In this document: positions 9,096 to 18,360 of the stretch, piece after piece
Numbering within the stretch: the stretch's first letter is position 1
Layout: every line of letters starts with the position of its first letter
Assembly: GCA_038249195.1 (NCBI GenBank)
Contig: JBBRWM010000001.1
Span: 395,489 to 459,488 of the forward strand
DNA length: 64,000 nt
Direction: 5' to 3'
Source of the DNA: Actinomycetota bacterium
GTDB lineage: Bacteria > Actinomycetota > UBA4738 > HRBIN12
Notes under the pieces: model-generated
The model's input: the letters and a program-made list of their open reading frames with translations, nothing else
Database searches by the model: none
What the model was told of the DNA's origin: nothing
Program-made: the position numbers and the translations under genes

Positions 9096-10589
9096 TCATG
9101 GCCGCCAGAATCGATACTTCTTGGGCCGCAGGGCCTTCCACGCACCAGGCCACGCGGAACGCGCCTCGGACTGCGCGAGGTGCTCCAGCCCAGCCAGCTC
9201 TCCGGCCACGAACGCGCCGCGCGCCGCGGTCCCGCCCGCCTGGGCGCGCAGCCAAGCGATGGCCACGACGGCATCCTGGTGCTCACCGAGGACGGTCTGC
9301 AGGTCCGCCGCGCGACGGGCGAACCGGCGGGCAGGCTTGCCGAAGATCGGGGTCATCGCCTCCGCGGCGTACCGGACCCGTTTCGCACGGATCCGCGCCT
9401 TGTGAAGCTCTCCGTCGGTCGACGCGGGGCCGAGCTCGCGGCAGATCCGCCGCAGATGGGCCCAGGGCCCCTCCATGAGTTCCCCCATGAACTCGTCGGC
9501 GGGGCGTCGCGTGAACTCGGGCAGCACCGCGGGCTCGGCCGCGGCGGCGACCACACGGTCGAGCAACGAGAGGTAGCGCGGTTCGCGCATCGCCGACATG
9601 AGGTCCATGCGGGCCGCGTCCCGCTCCGTGCGCACGCGATCCAAGAGCTTAGGAGCCGCCTCGACGTCGTCGTCCGGAAGCGATCTGATCCGCAGGCGGA
9701 GGCGTTCGTCCAACACGTCGAGGTCCCGCACGGTCCCCAACTCCCGGCCGAACCACTCCAGTTCCTCTCGCAGGTCCGCGACCCACGAGGGATCCAGGAG
9801 GGACCGATACGTCCGAAGGTCCGAGCGCAAACGCCGGGTCGCCACCCGCGCCTGGTGCACCGCCTCCGGATCCTCGCCCAACCGCACGCCCGCGTCGTGA
9901 CGAAGCATCCGCTCGGCCGAGCCCGCGATGGACGCGCGCACGACGTCGACGACGGCGGCGCCGGGCACGGGCTCGGCGGTGTGTACCTCGGGGGCTTCCG
10001 CCGAACGCGGCTGAAGGGCTCGCACGAACTTGGGAACCTCGCTGCGAGCCTCCGTCCCGCCGGAGTCCAGACGCGCCACGATCGATCTCAGGACATCGTC
10101 GTCGGCGTCGGGGGCGAGCTCGACCTCGACCTCGCGGAAGCGCCCGGCGACCCGTCTCCCGTCCAGTACCGACACCTCGTCGTCCACGACCTCCGCGACC
10201 CGACCGTTGCCGTTCACCTCGATCCCCAACCGACGGCGCACCGTCTGCAGGCGAACGGCGAGCCGCACGGGCGCGGTGCGAACGTACCCGCGCACCAGAT
10301 CCACCGCGCCTTCCGGGGGCCGTCCCGGGCCCGCCTCGAAGGAACGCTCGTCACGATCGAACCGCCCTTCGTTCACCGAGATCGGCAGCTTGACCGTCCA
10401 GCCCTCCCCCGTCCGGTACCGGAGAGCGCACCCCCATCGCGCGAGCCGCAGATCGGGTGTGTCGTAGTAGCTCGCCATGAACCGGCTCGAGCCCTCGTCG
10501 ACGGCGACGGCGCCGGGCACGACCTCGGTGAGATCGGGGATCTGGAACATCGGCCCCACCGCGAGCTTGACCTCACGCTCGACGGTCAT
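9096..10589 (-). CDS. CYTH (triphosphate tunnel metalloenzyme) + CHAD domain protein
   Basis: N-terminal CYTH (EREVKLAV...). The C-terminal CHAD helical domain carries conserved His/Arg (HQARVATRRLRSDLRTY ... HKARIRAKRVRYAAE). Its ATGA overlap with the ppk1 stop suggests an operon. Confidence 0.85.
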   Translation of the reverse strand: MTVEREVKLAVGPMFQIPDLTEVVPGAVAVDEGSSRFMASYYDTPDLRLARWGCALRYRTGEGWTVKLPISVNEGRFDRDERSFEAGPGRPPEGAVDLVRGYVRTAPVRLAVRLQTVRRRLGIEVNGNGRVAEVVDDEVSVLDGRRVAGRFREVEVELAPDADDDVLRSIVARLDSGGTEARSEVPKFVRALQPRSAEAPEVHTAEPVPGAAVVDVVRASIAGSAERMLRHDAGVRLGEDPEAVHQARVATRRLRSDLRTYRSLLDPSWVADLREELEWFGRELGTVRDLDVLDERLRLRIRSLPDDDVEAAPKLLDRVRTERDAARMDLMSAMREPRYLSLLDRVVAAAAEPAVLPEFTRRPADEFMGELMEGPWAHLRRICRELGPASTDGELHKARIRAKRVRYAAEAMTPIFGKPARRFARRAADLQTVLGEHQDAVVAIAWLRAQAGGTAARGAFVAGELAGLEHLAQSEARSAWPGAWKALRPKKYRFWRP

Positions 10590-12661
10590 GACGCCCCCAG
10601 GGCCCGGGCCACGGCGAGCTCCTGGAGCGTCCGGTGGGCGTTCACACCACGCGTCGTGGGCACGCGGTGCCAGTTCCCTCCTCCGTCAAGCTCCCACGCC
10701 AGTTCGTCGTCCTCGAGCTCGATGCGCAGCACCTCGTCGACGCGCACCTGCAAGGCGGGGTCGAGCACGGGCGTGAGCGCCTCCACGCGCCGGTCGAGGT
10801 TGCGCGGCATCATGTCGGCCGACCCGATGAGGTAGTCGTAGCCTCGATCCACGCTGCCGAACCGGTAGACCCGCGAGTGCTCCAAGAATCGTCCCACGAG
10901 CGATCGCGCTCGGATGGTCTCCGACATGCCGGGCACGCCCGGGCGCAGACAGCAGATCCCGCGAACGAGCAGGTCGATCTGCGCGCCCTGCTGCGAGGCC
11001 TCGTACAGGGCGTCGATCAGGTCGACGTCCACCAGGCTGTTCATCTTCAGCACGATGGAGCCATCCTCGTGCTGCGCCTCGCGCCGGATCAACGCCTCCA
11101 GGCCCGGACGCATGGACACCGGCGCGACCAGCAGCTTGCGGTACTCGCGCTGTCGGCTGTACCCCGTGAGGAGGTTGAAGAGGTCGGTGAGGTCGGCGCC
11201 GAGGTCGGGGTCGGAGGTGAGCAGCCCGAAGTCCTCGTAGAGGCGCGCCGTCTTTGGGTTGTAGTTGCCCGTTCCGATGTGGGCGTAGCGTCGGATGCCC
11301 TCCTCTTCCTGGCGCACGACGAGGCAGGTCTTCGCGTGCGTCTTCAGCCCCACCACCCCGTACACGACGTGGACGCCCGCGTGCTCCAGCTCGCGAGCGA
11401 AGGTGATGTTGGCCTCCTCGTCGAAGCGCGCCTTGAGCTCCACCAACGCCACGACCTGCTTGCCGGACTGCGAGGCTCGGATCAAGGCCCTGATGATCCG
11501 GCTCTCCGACGACGTCCGATACAGCGTCTGCTTGATGGCCAACACGTTGGGATCGGCGGCCGCCTGCGCCACGAACTCCTCCACGGTGCCGGAGAACGAC
11601 TCGTAGGGATGGTGCACCAAGATGTCGTGATCTCGCAGCGTGGCAAGGATGTCCGGGGGGACGTCGGTCGCCTGCAGCTCGAGGGGTGTGACCGGCGTCC
11701 AGGGATCGTCCTTCAGGTCCGGGCGGTCCAGCTCGACGAAGAACCAGAGCCCCGCGGTGTCGATCAGTCCCTCGGTAACGAACACCTGCGGCTCGTCCAG
11801 ACCCATCTCCCGCATGAGCAAGCTCCGCACCTCGTCCGTCATGCCCGGATCGATCTCCAGGCGGATCGGGGTGGCGCCCCGCTGCCGTCGCTGCAGGACC
11901 GTTTCGATCGCGGCCAGGAGGTCATCGGCCTCCTCCTCCTCCACCTCCACGTCGGCGTCGCGCGTCACACGGAACACGTGGAACGTGACGAGGTCCATGC
12001 CTGGGAAGAGCTGGTCGAGGTGCGCCGCGATGACCTGCTCGAGCGGAACGAAACGCTCCCCGTCGGGCAGCGCCGTGAACCGTGGCAGCAACGGGGGGAC
12101 CTTGACGCGCGCGAACCGACGCAGACCCGTGTGAGGGTCGCGCACCACCGCGGCGAGGTTCAGGGAAAGGTTCGAGATGTAGGGGAACGGATGCGCAGGA
12201 TCCACGGACAGAGGCGTGAGCACGGGGAAGATCCGGTCGCGGAACCGCCGGGCGAGGAACGCCCGGTCGTCCTCGTCGAGCTGTTCCCAGTCCATGATGC
12301 GGATCCGGTGTTTCTCGAGGGCGGGCTTCAGCTCCGTGAGCCACACCGCCTCCGCCCGGTCGGACAGTTCCACCACTTTGCGGCGGACGCCCTCCAGCTG
12401 TTCGGCGGGGGTCATCCCATCCGGGGCAACGACCGTCACTCCCGCCTCGACCTGCTCCTCGAGCCCGGACACCCGGATCTGGAAGAACTCATCGAGGTTG
12501 CTCGCGTAGATCGAGAGGAACCTCACCCGCTCCAACGGCGGCCGATCCGGATCCTCGGCCAGCGCCAGGACCCGCGCGTCGAACTCCAGCCACGACAGCT
12601 CGCGGTTGATGAAGCGGTTGATCGCGGAGCCGGCGAGATCAGGGAAGGCGCTATCGGTCAT
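10586..12661 (-). CDS. ppk: Polyphosphate kinase 1
   Basis: 691 aa with full-length PPK1 similarity (NRELSWLEFDARVL, LDEFFQIRV, two PLD-like HKD regions). Confidence 0.95.
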   Translation of the reverse strand: MTDSAFPDLAGSAINRFINRELSWLEFDARVLALAEDPDRPPLERVRFLSIYASNLDEFFQIRVSGLEEQVEAGVTVVAPDGMTPAEQLEGVRRKVVELSDRAEAVWLTELKPALEKHRIRIMDWEQLDEDDRAFLARRFRDRIFPVLTPLSVDPAHPFPYISNLSLNLAAVVRDPHTGLRRFARVKVPPLLPRFTALPDGERFVPLEQVIAAHLDQLFPGMDLVTFHVFRVTRDADVEVEEEEADDLLAAIETVLQRRQRGATPIRLEIDPGMTDEVRSLLMREMGLDEPQVFVTEGLIDTAGLWFFVELDRPDLKDDPWTPVTPLELQATDVPPDILATLRDHDILVHHPYESFSGTVEEFVAQAAADPNVLAIKQTLYRTSSESRIIRALIRASQSGKQVVALVELKARFDEEANITFARELEHAGVHVVYGVVGLKTHAKTCLVVRQEEEGIRRYAHIGTGNYNPKTARLYEDFGLLTSDPDLGADLTDLFNLLTGYSRQREYRKLLVAPVSMRPGLEALIRREAQHEDGSIVLKMNSLVDVDLIDALYEASQQGAQIDLLVRGICCLRPGVPGMSETIRARSLVGRFLEHSRVYRFGSVDRGYDYLIGSADMMPRNLDRRVEALTPVLDPALQVRVDEVLRIELEDDELAWELDGGGNWHRVPTTRGVNAHRTLQELAVARALGAS

Positions 12662-12787
12662 AGGCAGGCCTCCTATCGTAGGGGTCGCGCCACCAACGCT
12701 GCAATGGTCATCCGCCGCCTGACGCTCGCCTCAGCGGGCGTCTGGCATGATGTCGCCCTGCAACCGCCGGGAGCGACAGGAGGCCGC

Positions 12788-13411
12788 TTGAAGCTCAAAG
12801 TTTCCCAGCGTCCCGAGGCATTCTTCGACCTCTTCGTCGAGTCCGGGGAAAACCTTCGCGCCGCCTCGAGCGAGCTCCGGGCGATGGTCCACGATTACCA
12901 AGACGTCGAACTGAAGGCTCGAAGGATCCAAGAACGGGAGCACGAGGGCGACGAGGTTACCCACGCCATCATCCGCCGCCTCAACACCACGTTCGTCACC
13001 CCGATGGACCGCGAGGACATCCACCAACTGGCCACGGCGCTGGACGACGTGATGGACGCCATCGAGGCGGCCGCAGATCTCTTCGTACTGCATAACATCG
13101 AGACGCCGCTGCCCGAGATGAAGCTGCAGGTCGACGTGCTCGATCGTGCTGCCGAGCAGACCGACCAGGCCCTGCGCGCGTTCCGCAGCCTCAAGCGAGA
13201 CGAGCTCGAGCCCTATTGGGTCGAGATCAACAGCTTGGAGAACGAAGGGGACCAGATCTATCGGCGCGCGGTGGCCGGCCTGTTCTCCGGCGACTACCGA
13301 GCGATGGACGTCCTGCGCTGGAAAGAGGTCATCGAGACGCTCGAGGAGGCCCTCGACGGACTCGAGAACGTCGCGAACGTGATCGAATCGGCGGTGCTCA
13401 AGCACGCCTGA
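12788..13411 (+). CDS. DUF47 (PhoU-superfamily) phosphate-transport-associated protein
   Basis: TTG start about 5 nt after AGGAGG. The sequence (AFFDLFVESGENL...GDEVTHAIIRRLNTTFVTPMDREDI) matches the DUF47/Pit-accessory family. It sits in-frame inside a longer spurious ORF antisense to ppk. Confidence 0.8.
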   Translation: MKLKVSQRPEAFFDLFVESGENLRAASSELRAMVHDYQDVELKARRIQEREHEGDEVTHAIIRRLNTTFVTPMDREDIHQLATALDDVMDAIEAAADLFVLHNIETPLPEMKLQVDVLDRAAEQTDQALRAFRSLKRDELEPYWVEINSLENEGDQIYRRAVAGLFSGDYRAMDVLRWKEVIETLEEALDGLENVANVIESAVLKHA

Positions 13412-13418
13412 ACGGGTG

Positions 13419-13646
13419 TCACGTCCTCGCGTCTCGACGGGCGTTCTTCCTCGGTGTGTGGGCAGGGCGGAGCGGCGTGGCCTTGCGGAGGGACCGTTCC
13501 TCCAGGTACAACGCGACAGCCCAGAACAGCGCCAGCCCGGCCGCGAACAGGTTGACCCATCGATACTCAGGCGGCGTGGGCTCCAAGATCAACAGGCAAA
13601 GGAACGCCAGGGCGGCGAAGAATAAGGGGCGGCGTCCGATCCTCAC
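13419..13646 (-). CDS. Small predicted 2-TM membrane protein (75 aa), translationally coupled to pitA
   Basis: GTG start overlaps the pitA stop (GTGA). VRIGRRPLFFAALAFLCLLILEPTPPEYRWVNLFAAGLALFWAVALYLEERSLRKATPLRPAHTPRKNARRDART has two hydrophobic helices and a basic tail, with high GC3. Confidence 0.35.
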   Translation of the reverse strand: MRIGRRPLFFAALAFLCLLILEPTPPEYRWVNLFAAGLALFWAVALYLEERSLRKATPLRPAHTPRKNARRDART

Positions 13647-14632
13647 GTGACCGCCTTGATCGGTAGGTACACGAGATAGCTGATCACGAACGCCCCCGGG
13701 ATCGTCAGGACCCAGGCCCACACGACCCGTTGGGCGACCCCCCATCGCACCGCCGACAAGCGCTGCGTGGTGCCCACACCCACGATGCCGCCCGTGATCG
13801 TGTGCGTGGTCGACACGGGGATCCCCGCGAGGGTAGTGGCCATGATGGTGACCGCCGCCGCCGACTCGGCGGCCACCCCCTGCGCCGGCTGGATCTTGGT
13901 GATCTTCGAGCCCATCGTGTGAACGATGCGCCAGCCCCCGAACAGCGTGCCGAGCGCGATCGCCGTGTGCGCACTCAACACCACCCAGAGCGGGACACCC
14001 TCGGCCTTGGTGCGTAGGCCGTTCGCGACGAGAAGAGCGAACACGACGCCCATCGTCTTCTGCGCGTCGTTGGCCCCATGGGCGAGGCTGAACGCCGCGG
14101 CCGAGAACAACTGCCCGTGGCGGAAGCCACGATGCAGCCGCTCCTGGCGTTTGGCCCGATGGAAGAGCCAATAGATCGCCACCATGAACGTGAATCCCAA
14201 CAGCAGCCCCAGCACGGGGGAGAGCACGATGAATACCGCGATCTTCTGGAACTCGGATGCAACGAGGGCCCCCCAGCCCGCCTCCGCCACCGCCGCGCCC
14301 GCCATCGCCCCGACGAGAGCATGGGAGCTGGAGGTCGGAAGGCCGAACAGCCATGTGATGAGATCCCAAGCGATCGCTCCCGCGAGGCCCGCGAAGATCA
14401 CCCCGTTGTTGAAGACCCCCGGCTTGACCGTGTTCGCGATCGTAGCGGCCACCTTCGTGCCGAACACGAGGAACGCAACGAAGTTGAAGAATGCCGCCCA
14501 TGCCACGGCTTGGCGAGGAGACAGCACCCGCGTCGACACGACGGTGGCGATCGAGTTGGCCGCATCGTGGAAACCGTTGAAGAAATCGAACCCGAACGCC
14601 ACCACGACGATGACGGCGATCGCAGGCGTCAT
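13643..14632 (-). CDS. pitA: Inorganic phosphate transporter, PiT family
   Basis: PHO4/PiT signatures (GFHDAANSIATVVST ... GANDAQKTMGV), about 10 TM helices. Start chosen at MTPAIAVIVVV; 4-nt overlap with the upstream DUF47 gene. Confidence 0.9.
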   Translation of the reverse strand: MTPAIAVIVVVAFGFDFFNGFHDAANSIATVVSTRVLSPRQAVAWAAFFNFVAFLVFGTKVAATIANTVKPGVFNNGVIFAGLAGAIAWDLITWLFGLPTSSSHALVGAMAGAAVAEAGWGALVASEFQKIAVFIVLSPVLGLLLGFTFMVAIYWLFHRAKRQERLHRGFRHGQLFSAAAFSLAHGANDAQKTMGVVFALLVANGLRTKAEGVPLWVVLSAHTAIALGTLFGGWRIVHTMGSKITKIQPAQGVAAESAAAVTIMATTLAGIPVSTTHTITGGIVGVGTTQRLSAVRWGVAQRVVWAWVLTIPGAFVISYLVYLPIKAVT

Positions 14633-15246
14633 GCGAACTTGAGCGCCACGGACTCGAGCGTGTTCGCGATGTCCTCGCAACGGTCCACAGCCGCCTCAGC
14701 CTCGCGGAGCAGATCCTTCCACATGATGACCTCGAGAGGTCGGAAGTCTCCCGAGTACAGGGTTGCGACCCCGCGGCGATACACCCAGTCCCCTTCGCGT
14801 TCGTTCCGCTTGATCTCGGCGATGGCCTTCTCCAGTCCTTGGAAATGCCTGAGGTCCCTGACGGCGAACGCCACGGACGTAGCCGTCCGGCGAAGGACGT
14901 CGACGAGCTGGAGGAACTGCGGGAGCGGCTCGCGGATCTGGAGGAGCACGAGCAGGTCGGCCAAAGCCTCTTCGGAATCCAAGACATCGTCGAGCGAGGA
15001 CGCGAGTGCGTGGATGTCCTTACGATCGATCGGGACGACGAAGGTCGTATTCAGGAGGTTCAAGATCTGGTGGGTCAGGTCGTCGCCGTCGTGTTCGAGA
15101 TCGCGGATCCGGTCGCCATAGCCTTCCGCGTTACCCAGGTCGGTGATCATCGCGGAGAGGTCCACGACCCCCCGGACGACCGTATCGGCGAGCTGATCGA
15201 ACAGATCGAAGAAGGCGAGTTCGCGGGGGATGACTTGGAACGGCAT
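14629..15246 (-). CDS. DUF47 (PhoU-superfamily) Pit accessory protein
   Basis: LAFFDLFDQLADTVV...GDDLTHQILNLLNTTFVVPIDRKDI. This is the classic DUF47 partner immediately upstream of pitA. Confidence 0.85.
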   Translation of the reverse strand: MPFQVIPRELAFFDLFDQLADTVVRGVVDLSAMITDLGNAEGYGDRIRDLEHDGDDLTHQILNLLNTTFVVPIDRKDIHALASSLDDVLDSEEALADLLVLLQIREPLPQFLQLVDVLRRTATSVAFAVRDLRHFQGLEKAIAEIKRNEREGDWVYRRGVATLYSGDFRPLEVIMWKDLLREAEAAVDRCEDIANTLESVALKFA

Positions 15247-15302
15247 GTCCTCGAACCCTCCCGCCAGCCGATAGCGGAGCGACGGTACCGGGCGGCAGCG
15301 GA

Positions 15303-15342
15303 GGTGTCCACTGGGTGAACACGAAGGGAACGAGAGGTGTCG
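15303..15342 (-). promoter_or_regulatory. PHO box array (four 11-nt direct repeat units) upstream of DUF47-pitA
   Basis: The minus strand reads CGACACCtctc GTTCCCTtcgt GTTCACCcagt GGACACC, i.e. four units in strict 11-nt register. The third is the canonical GTTCACC. The array is centred about 70 nt upstream of the DUF47 start. Confidence 0.55.
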
Positions 15343-16038
15343 CTAATCGACGAACTTGTAGCCCAACCCTCGCACCGTGATCAGGTGCTCGGGGTCGTGC
15401 GGATCGTCCTCGACCTTCTGCCGGATCCGCTTCACGTGCACGTCGAGCGTCTTGGTGTCCCCCACGTAGTCACTCCCCCACACGTCTTCGATCAAGAACA
15501 GGCGGGTGAGCAGACGATCCTTCCGGCGCAGGAACGCCTCCAGCAGCTCGAACTCCTTGGGTGGGAACGCCACGAGGTCCCCCTGGACCGATACCTCGTG
15601 GCGGGCCACGTCCATCCGCACGGGACCGCCGGTGAGGACCTCCTCGGGCGGAAGCGCGGTTCCCATCGCCGCCCGGCGCAGGTGCGCCCGGACCCGCGAG
15701 ACCAGTTCGCGCACCGAGAATGGCTTCGTGACGTAGTCGTCCGCCCCCAATTCGAGCCCCGTCACCTTGTCGGCCTCGGCGTCCTTGGCCGTGACCATGA
15801 TGATCGGCACGGCGGAGTCCTGACGGATGAGGCGGCACACGTCCAGTCCGGACATCTCAGGGAGCATCAGGTCCAAGATCACGAGCGCGGGATGGAACTC
15901 GGCGAAGCGCTCCATGGCCCGTCGTCCGTCCGAGGCGACTGCCACATCGAAGCCTTCCCGCTCGAGGTTGTAGCGGACCGAGTCGGCGAGCGACTCTTCA
16001 TCTTCAACGATCAGGATCCGCGGCGACGGGCCGTTCAT
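15343..16038 (-). CDS. regX3: OmpR-family response regulator, RegX3/PhoP-like
   Basis: RILIVEDEESLADS...LDLMLPEMSGLDVC...VPIIMVTAKD...LELGADDYVTKPFSVRELVSRVRAHLRR is near-identical in pattern to mycobacterial RegX3. ATGA overlap with phoU. Confidence 0.9.
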   Translation of the reverse strand: MNGPSPRILIVEDEESLADSVRYNLEREGFDVAVASDGRRAMERFAEFHPALVILDLMLPEMSGLDVCRLIRQDSAVPIIMVTAKDAEADKVTGLELGADDYVTKPFSVRELVSRVRAHLRRAAMGTALPPEEVLTGGPVRMDVARHEVSVQGDLVAFPPKEFELLEAFLRRKDRLLTRLFLIEDVWGSDYVGDTKTLDVHVKRIRQKVEDDPHDPEHLITVRGLGYKFVD

Positions 16039-16715
16039 GCATCCTCGTGCGAGGCGTCCGTGAACTCCCGGAATTCCCCCGTGATGAGGTAGGCGACCTG
16101 CTCGCCGATGTCCACCGCGTTGTCGCCCACACGCTCGAGGGCGCGGGCCGCGACGTTCATGTGCATGCCCCAGTCCAGCGCGGCGGGATCGTCGGCGAGC
16201 TTGAGCGCCTCGAGATGCGTCGCGCGATTCAGGCGGTCGACGGGGTCGTCCATGGTGGTGAGGGTGCCGCACAGTTCGAAATCCCTGCTGGCGAGGGCCT
16301 CCATCGCGGTGCGGACCATCCGCACGACGATGGTCCCCATCTCCCCCAGCTGCTGACGCAGCGGATCGCTCCCAGGGAGGCTCGACGTGGCGAGATGGAG
16401 CTTGGCGACGTTCACCGCCTGGTCGCCGATGCGCTCCAGGTGCAGGCAGCAGTGCATGAGCGTCGAGACGAGCCGCAGGTCGGAGGCCACGGGTGCTTGG
16501 AGAGCGAGCAACGCCAGCACGCCCTGATCGATCTGCAGGTAGAGGGTGTCGATCGCGTCGTCGCCAACGATCACCCGCTTCGAACGCCCGGCGTCGTTCT
16601 CGACCAACGCCGCCACCGCCTCGTGTACCGCGTTCCCGGCGAGTTCGCCGAGCCGCTGCAGGTCGCCCTCGAGGTTGTCGAGCTCTTCGTGGAACTTCTT
16701 GCGTGTTCCCTGCAT
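16035..16715 (-). CDS. phoU: Phosphate-specific transport system regulator PhoU
   Basis: 226 aa with two PhoU repeats (ERIGDQAVNVAK ... ERVGDNAVDIGE). Confidence 0.9.
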   Translation of the reverse strand: MQGTRKKFHEELDNLEGDLQRLGELAGNAVHEAVAALVENDAGRSKRVIVGDDAIDTLYLQIDQGVLALLALQAPVASDLRLVSTLMHCCLHLERIGDQAVNVAKLHLATSSLPGSDPLRQQLGEMGTIVVRMVRTAMEALASRDFELCGTLTTMDDPVDRLNRATHLEALKLADDPAALDWGMHMNVAARALERVGDNAVDIGEQVAYLITGEFREFTDASHEDA

Positions 16716-17473
16716 CAGCCGAACCTCCCGGTCACGTAGTCCTCCGTTCGATGGTCGTCGGGATTTGTGAACACCTTCTCTGTGGGCGCGAACTCGACGG
16801 CCTCGCCCAGCAGCATGAAGAGGGTCCAGTCCGAGACGCGGGAAGCCTGTTGCATGTTGTGCGTGACGATCACGACCGTGTACTGCTCCTTCAGCTCGGT
16901 CACGAGCTCCTCGATCCGAAGCGTCGAGGCCGGGTCGAGGGCGGACGCAGGCTCGTCCATCAGGAGCACCTCCGGATCGACGGCCAGCGCGCGCGCCACG
17001 CAGAGGCGCTGTTGCTGACCACCGGAGAGCCGTCCGCCAGGCGTCTGCAGCCGATCCTTGACCTCGTCCCACAGGCCGGCCGATCGCAACGCCTTCTCGG
17101 CCCGATCCTGGAGGTCTGCCTTGGACATCCGGCCGCCCCCCAGCCGCGCGCCCGCGACGGCGTTGTCGAAGATGCTCATCGTGGGAAACGGATTCGGGCG
17201 TTGGAAGACCATCCCGATGCGCCGGCGCACCTCGACCGGGTCGACGTCGGAGCCGTAGATGTCCTGACCGTCGAAGAGGATCTTCCCTTCGACCCTGGCT
17301 CCCTGCACCTCCTCGTGCATGCGGTTCATGCAGCGAACGAGGGTGGACTTGCCACATCCGGACGGGCCGATGATGGCGGTGACCGTCTTCGGCTCGGCCA
17401 CCACGTTCACGTCCTGCAAGACGTGGGCGGCGCCGAACCACGCGTTGAGACCCGATGCTTCGATCCTTCTCAC
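16715..17473 (-). CDS. pstB: Phosphate ABC transporter ATP-binding protein
   Basis: Walker [13 protein letters not shown] signature LSGGQQQRL, Walker B LLMDEP. GTG start overlaps the pstA stop (GTGA). Confidence 0.95.
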   Translation of the reverse strand: MRRIEASGLNAWFGAAHVLQDVNVVAEPKTVTAIIGPSGCGKSTLVRCMNRMHEEVQGARVEGKILFDGQDIYGSDVDPVEVRRRIGMVFQRPNPFPTMSIFDNAVAGARLGGGRMSKADLQDRAEKALRSAGLWDEVKDRLQTPGGRLSGGQQQRLCVARALAVDPEVLLMDEPASALDPASTLRIEELVTELKEQYTVVIVTHNMQQASRVSDWTLFMLLGEAVEFAPTEKVFTNPDDHRTEDYVTGRFG

Positions 17474-18360
17474 GAGAGCCTCTTCCGTTGTCGGTGGCTG
17501 ACATAGCGGGCGCCGATCGACAGCGCGAGCACGAACGCGAGCAGCGTGATCGCCCCGCCCCAGGCGATCGTGTGCAGCGCCTCCACGGGCGTTCGAGCGT
17601 ACGCGTACAGGCGCAGCGTCACCGAGTCCGTCGTCTTCGTCGGATCGAAGTTGATGAAGTTGCTGCCCAGGGTGGTGAGCAGGAGCGGCGCGGTCTCTCC
17701 CAGTCCGCGGGCGACGGCGAGCATGATAGCGGTCAGGATGCCTGCTCCCGCGGTGGGGATCACCACCCTCACGATCACCTTCCAGCGCGGTAGCCCGAGC
17801 GCGAGCCCCGCCTCGCGCAGCTCGTTGGGAACCAGACGCAGGATCTCTTCCGTGGCGCGCGTGATGATGGGCCACATCAAGAACGCGAGCGCGAGCGCCC
17901 CGGCGATCGCCGAAAAGCTGCCCATCCACACGACCACCACGGCCCAGATGAACGCGCCGGCGATGATGGACGGGGTGGATAGGAGCACCTCGGCTACGAA
18001 GCGCACCGCGCCGGCGAATCGTCCGCGCCCGTACTCCGCGAGGTACACGGCCGCGAGCAGCCCCAAGGGGATCGAGATGGCCGCGGCCATCCCCGTGATG
18101 ATGGCGGTGCCGATGAACGACTGCACGATCCCTCCCGCCGAGGGATTGAGCGGTCCAGCGGGCTCCTTCGTGAAGAAGTTGACGGTGAGCGCCGACCAGC
18201 CCCGCATCACCACGTAGCCGATGATCAGGGCGAGCGGGATGAAGACGAGGATCGCGCACGCGATCATGAAGACCCCATACGCCCGGTCCTTGGTTCGGCG
18301 GCGCCCGCTCACCTTCCCCGCGAGCAGCGACGGCGCGGTCGCGACGGCAATCGCGCTCAT
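17470..18360 (-). CDS. pstA: Phosphate ABC transporter permease
   Basis: PstA-type permease with the EAA-like motif region ([11 protein letters not shown]). ATGA overlap with pstC. Confidence 0.9.
   Translation of the reverse strand: MSAIAVATAPSLLAGKVSGRRRTKDRAYGVFMIACAILVFIPLALIIGYVVMRGWSALTVNFFTKEPAGPLNPSAGGIVQSFIGTAIITGMAAAISIPLGLLAAVYLAEYGRGRFAGAVRFVAEVLLSTPSIIAGAFIWAVVVVWMGSFSAIAGALALAFLMWPIITRATEEILRLVPNELREAGLALGLPRWKVIVRVVIPTAGAGILTAIMLAVARGLGETAPLLLTTLGSNFINFDPTKTTDSVTLRLYAYARTPVEALHTIAWGGAITLLAFVLALSIGARYVSHRQRKRLS

Noticed and set aside
10634-13411. 925-aa plus-strand ORF antisense to ppk, plus many other very long ORFs overlapping real genes on the opposite strand or in other frames (e.g. 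1566-3797 minus, 13419-14987 minus, 24182-26608 plus, 33283-35274 plus, 36580-38859 plus, 54457-56211 plus)
   Set aside because: Their translations are Arg/Pro/Gly/Ala-rich low-complexity sequence typical of off-frame reading of 70% GC DNA. The overlapping frames carry clear homologous proteins. Only the last 624 nt of 10634-13411 (the DUF47 gene) is kept.
13412-13418. Rho-independent terminators in convergent gaps (e.g. 13412-13418, 49337-49384, 61872-61875)
   Set aside because: Convergent genes abut or overlap with no room for a hairpin, and no stem-loop followed by a T-tract is visible. Apart from the GC hairpin after typA, no terminator could be supported.
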